Part shown: in pieces, positions 60,192-64,000 of the stretch
Numbering within the stretch: position 1 is the first letter of the stretch
Layout: each line of letters begins with the position of its first letter
NCBI GenBank assembly: GCA_040389905.1
Contig: JAZJZK010000006.1
Coordinates: 1-64,000, forward strand
Length of the DNA: 64,000 nucleotides
Source: Gemmatimonadota bacterium
GTDB taxonomy: Bacteria; Gemmatimonadota; Gemmatimonadetes; Gemmatimonadales; Gemmatimonadaceae
Direction of reading: 5' to 3'
Position numbers and translations under genes: made by a program
The notes under the pieces: generated by a model
What the model was told of the DNA's origin: nothing
What the model saw: the letters and a program-made list of their open reading frames with translations, nothing else
Databases searched by the model: none

Positions 60192-61574
60192 ATGGCGCAG
60201 GGTAGTACGGGCGGGGAATTGATGGTGAGCGTGTCGGGAATTCGCGGCCGTGTGGGCGGTGGCCTGACCCCGGAAGTGGTGGCGCGGTACGCAGCGGCTT
60301 TCGGCGCGTGGTCCATTTCCCAGGGCCCGTCACGTCAGATCGTGGTGGGTCGCGACAGCCGTGTCTCGGGGGCAATGTTTCATCGCATCGTCGTCGGCAC
60401 ACTCCAGCTTGTTGGCTGCGACGTGATCGATATCGGCCTCACTACAACGCCGGGAACGCAGCTGGCCGTCGAATATCATCATGCCGCGGGCGGCCTGATG
60501 CTGTCGGCGAGCCACAATCCCATCGAGTGGAATGCGCTCAAGTGCATTGGCTCGACCGGCCTGTTCCTGGAAGCGCACGAGGGTTTGGCGATGCGCGCGC
60601 TGGTCGAGTCCGGAATTCCCTATGCAACGTGGGACGGAATCGGGAGCGTCGTTTCGGATGAAGCGGTCGCCATTCGGCACATCGATGCGGTCCTTGCCAT
60701 TCCGTACTTGGACGTCGACGCGATTCGGGGTCGCAAGTTCAAGGTTGCGTTGGATTGCGTGCGCGGGGCGGGTTCCACGATCATGCCGGCGTTGCTCGAG
60801 TGGCTCGGCTGTGAGGTCGTGGGGATGAACATGGAGCCGGATGGCCGCTTTCCGCGCGAGCCGGAACCGATTCCCCAGAACCTTCGGGAGTTCGAGGCAT
60901 TCGTTGCGCATACTGGGGCCGACATCGGTTTCGCCGTCGACCCCGATGTCGACCGGCTGGCGCTCGTCAGCAACGAAGGGCGCGCCATCGGAGAAGACTA
61001 CACGCTCGCGCTCGCGGCCAAGCTCGTCCTGCGGCACCGGAAGGGACCGGTCGTGACGAACCTGTCCACGAGCCTGTTGATCGACGACGTTGCCCGTGAG
61101 GCAGGGGTCGAGGCGGTTCGCGCGCCTGTCGGTGAAGTGAACGTCGCGGTTCGCATGCGGGAGCTCGGTGCGCCAATCGGCGGCGAAGGAAATGGCGGAG
61201 TGATCCTGCCCGAAGTGCATCTCGGACGCGATGCGCCGATCGGCGCGGCCCTGCTCCTGCAATTGTTGGTCGAGGAGAATTGCCCGCTCTCGGAGATCGT
61301 GGCGCGATTGCCGCGCTACGTGATCGTCAAGGACAAGCTCGATCGTCCGAACGTGCCGTTGGATACGGTGTATGCCGCCCTCCGTACCGCGTTTGCGGAT
61401 GCGAAGGTCGACACGCAGGACGGACTTCGGCTGTCATGGCCGGACCGGTGGGTGCATGTGCGTCCCTCCGGAACGGAGCCGATCGTGCGGGTGATTGCAG
61501 AGGGGCCAGATGAAGAATCTGCGCGAGAACTGGTACGGCGGTCGCGCGAGCCGCTGGACGCCCTGCGGGGCTGA
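60192..61574 (+). CDS. glmM: phosphoglucosamine mutase/phosphohexomutase
   Basis: SGIRG, SASHNP, DPDVDR, GGEGNGG, RPSGTEP; adjacent to glmS. Confidence 0.88.
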   Translation: MAQGSTGGELMVSVSGIRGRVGGGLTPEVVARYAAAFGAWSISQGPSRQIVVGRDSRVSGAMFHRIVVGTLQLVGCDVIDIGLTTTPGTQLAVEYHHAAGGLMLSASHNPIEWNALKCIGSTGLFLEAHEGLAMRALVESGIPYATWDGIGSVVSDEAVAIRHIDAVLAIPYLDVDAIRGRKFKVALDCVRGAGSTIMPALLEWLGCEVVGMNMEPDGRFPREPEPIPQNLREFEAFVAHTGADIGFAVDPDVDRLALVSNEGRAIGEDYTLALAAKLVLRHRKGPVVTNLSTSLLIDDVAREAGVEAVRAPVGEVNVAVRMRELGAPIGGEGNGGVILPEVHLGRDAPIGAALLLQLLVEENCPLSEIVARLPRYVIVKDKLDRPNVPLDTVYAALRTAFADAKVDTQDGLRLSWPDRWVHVRPSGTEPIVRVIAEGPDEESARELVRRSREPLDALRG

Positions 61575-61612
61575 GCGGAACGCGGCTGGATCACTCACGG
61601 GAGAATGAGACC

Positions 61613-63442
61613 ATGTGCGGAATTGTTGGATTCGTCGGGACACGTAGCGCGACGACGTTGCTCGTTGACGGACTGAAGCGACTTGAATACCGGGGCTATG
61701 ACTCGGCCGGCGTGTCGCTCATGAACGGAAACGGTATCGTCGAAACGAGGAAAGCGAAGGGCAAGATCGCCATGCTCGAACAGGCGATCGGCGACAAGCC
61801 CATCCACGGGCACGTTGGTATTGCCCACACGCGGTGGGCGACGCACGGCCCACCGAACGAGTGCAACGCGCACCCGCATCACGACTGCACCGGCGCCGTC
61901 TCCGTCGTTCACAACGGCATCATCGAGAACTATGGTCCCCTCCGCGACATGCTTCGGAAAACGGGGCACACGTTCGTGTCGGAGACGGATACGGAGGTTC
62001 TCGCGCACCTTATCGAAGCGGCCTTCGACGGCAATCTCGAGGAAGCGGTGATCGACGCACTGGCGCTCGTGGAGGGCACGTACGGCATCGCCGTGATTTC
62101 GGCGAAGGATCCCGACAAGCTCGTGGCGGCGCGCAAGGGGAGTCCGCTGCTGATCGGCCTCGGCGATGGCGAGAACTACATCGCCAGCGATGTGGCCGCG
62201 ATCCTTCAGCACACGCGGCACGTGGTCTATCTGGACGATGGCGAGATGGCGGTCCTTCGGAAAGACGACTACCGCGTCATGGACCTGAACGCGAAGACCG
62301 TCAAGAAGCGTGTGAGCCGTATCGAATGGGACCTCGATCAGATCGAGAAGGGTGGCTTCGATCACTTCATGTTGAAGGAGATCATGGAGCAGCCGCAGAC
62401 GATCCAGAACACCATGCGGGGCCGCTCCGTCGACGAGGATGGTTTTTCGAAGCTCGGAGGCTTGAATCTCTCGAAGGAAGAGCTTCAGCACTTCGACCAC
62501 ATCATCATTACCGCGTGCGGGACGAGCTGGCACAGCGCGCTCATTGGGAAAATGATGATCGAGGAGCACGCACGGATTCGCTGCGAGGTTGAGTACGCGT
62601 CCGAGTTCCGGTACCGGAATCCCATCGTCACCGACAAGACGCTGTGCATCGTGATCTCCCAGTCCGGCGAGACGGCGGACACGCTCGCCGCAATGCGCGA
62701 AGCGAAGCGGCGCGGTGCCAAGACGCTCGGTCTCGTGAATCAGGTGGGATCGACCATCGCGCGAGAGGATGATGGCGGCATCTATCTGCATGCGGGGCCC
62801 GAGATCGGCGTCGCGTCCACCAAGGCGTTCACCAGCCAGGTGGTCGCACTGGCGTTGCTCACGCTCAAGCTCGGCCGCTTGCGCACGATGTCGATCATGC
62901 AGGGCCGAGAGGTGACACAGGCGCTGGACCGGCTTCCCGCGCAGATTCAGAGCATTCTCGACCGGGCGGAGGAAATCGAGAAGATCGCGATGGCATTCGT
63001 CGACGCGACGAACTTTCTGTATCTCGGCCGCGGCTACAATTTCCCCGTGGCGCTCGAAGGTGCGCTGAAGTTGAAGGAGATCAGTTACATCCACGCCGAG
63101 GGGTATCCGGCCGCCGAGATGAAGCACGGGCCCATCGCGCTCATCGACGCTGACATGCCGGTCGTCTTCATCGCGCCGCACGACTCGGTGTTCGACAAGG
63201 TCGTGTCGAACATTCAGGAGGTGAAGGCCCGTGGTGGCCGGGTGATCGCCATCACCAGCCGCGACGAGCCGGCACTCGAAGGCATCATCGACTACGAGTT
63301 CCGTGTTCCGGAAACGATCGACATGCTGAACCCCGTGTTGTCTGCGATCCCCTTGCAGTTGCTGGCGTACTACATCGCCGCGAGGCGAGGGCTAAACGTC
63401 GATCAGCCGAGGAACCTGGCAAAGTCCGTGACCGTCGAATAG
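61613..63442 (+). CDS. glmS: glutamine-fructose-6-phosphate aminotransferase
   Basis: MCGIVG, LEYRGYDSAG, HTRWATHG, SQSGETADT, PRNLAKSVTVE. Confidence 0.98.
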   Translation: MCGIVGFVGTRSATTLLVDGLKRLEYRGYDSAGVSLMNGNGIVETRKAKGKIAMLEQAIGDKPIHGHVGIAHTRWATHGPPNECNAHPHHDCTGAVSVVHNGIIENYGPLRDMLRKTGHTFVSETDTEVLAHLIEAAFDGNLEEAVIDALALVEGTYGIAVISAKDPDKLVAARKGSPLLIGLGDGENYIASDVAAILQHTRHVVYLDDGEMAVLRKDDYRVMDLNAKTVKKRVSRIEWDLDQIEKGGFDHFMLKEIMEQPQTIQNTMRGRSVDEDGFSKLGGLNLSKEELQHFDHIIITACGTSWHSALIGKMMIEEHARIRCEVEYASEFRYRNPIVTDKTLCIVISQSGETADTLAAMREAKRRGAKTLGLVNQVGSTIAREDDGGIYLHAGPEIGVASTKAFTSQVVALALLTLKLGRLRTMSIMQGREVTQALDRLPAQIQSILDRAEEIEKIAMAFVDATNFLYLGRGYNFPVALEGALKLKEISYIHAEGYPAAEMKHGPIALIDADMPVVFIAPHDSVFDKVVSNIQEVKARGGRVIAITSRDEPALEGIIDYEFRVPETIDMLNPVLSAIPLQLLAYYIAARRGLNVDQPRNLAKSVTVE

Positions 63443-63448
63443 GCCGTC

Positions 63449-64000
63449 ATGTCGTCTTTTGTCGTGCAACTGCACGGCGGCGGGACTCATGACGTGAGTC
63501 ACGTCGACGACGTTGCCTTCCGCGTATCGACCGGCCGTCTTTCATCGCGACGGCCGGGGCAGGTGAGGAGCGGAGGCATCGGGTTTCGCTGGGCGGCGAT
63601 CGCGACGGACGGCGAGCTATCCGATGGCGTGGATCGGTTTATCGTGCGGGACACCAGTCCCTTCATGGTCGAGCCACCCACCGGTCAACAGCCCGTCGTG
63701 AGCGTCACCGTGGAAGATCACGGTGCGCGGGCCGTGCTGACACGCGACCGCTTCGGCGCCAAGCCGCTCTTCTATGTGGCGCATCGTGGCGGATGGCTGA
63801 TCGCCTCGGAGGCGAAGTGCCTGACGCCGTTCCTCAACGGCGTCTCCGTCGATCGCGACGCGTTGGCGGAACTCGTTCGCTATCACTGGATGCCCGGTTC
63901 CGGATATCTCGACGAACAGATCACGCAGGTACTGCCCGGCGCGACTGTTTGGCTCGTGCCCGGACAGCCCGCGAGGAGCACGCCGCTCGAAACGATCACC
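63449..64000 (+). CDS. asparagine-synthetase-like protein, N-terminal part (runs off the window)
   Basis: own translation from ATG 63449 is open to the end and contains TRDRFGAKPLFY..IASEAKCL. Confidence 0.7.
   Translation, partial: MSSFVVQLHGGGTHDVSHVDDVAFRVSTGRLSSRRPGQVRSGGIGFRWAAIATDGELSDGVDRFIVRDTSPFMVEPPTGQQPVVSVTVEDHGARAVLTRDRFGAKPLFYVAHRGGWLIASEAKCLTPFLNGVSVDRDALAELVRYHWMPGSGYLDEQITQVLPGATVWLVPGQPARSTPLETIT

Noticed and set aside
61575..61612. glmS ribozyme
   Set aside because: The intergenic gap is only 38 nt with no ribozyme core

Overview
A GC-rich bacterial chromosomal segment with about 60 densely packed CDS. Gemmatimonadota origin is an inference from gene style (stand-alone plug/CarboxypepD_reg proteins, PEP-CTERM gene, futalosine-type mqn genes). 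Housekeeping genes: guaB, purD, mutM, glmM-glmS, a menaquinone late-step cluster, Mrp, nrnA and a cystathionine lyase. Accessory content: two PIN-toxin TA operons, a coupled carbohydrate esterase/glycosidase operon, and two families of dispersed palindromic repeats. I saw no rRNA, tRNA, CRISPR array, integrase or transposase. Best leads: (1) two convergent tldD-tldE operons, both TldD carrying Tat signals and a Cys-to-Asp change at the expected third metal ligand, enclosing a GT4 plus PhyH dioxygenase pair; (2) a SigW-like ECF module in which the RsiW beta-helical sensor appears split into a separate membrane protein, with a SigW-type promoter between sigma and anti-sigma and two similar promoters elsewhere in the window; (3) repeated leaderless-promoter architecture, a probable CTG start codon, a sigma54 promoter on the PEP-CTERM gene, and several enzymes with altered catalytic motifs. 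All family calls come from motif recognition by eye; no searches were run.
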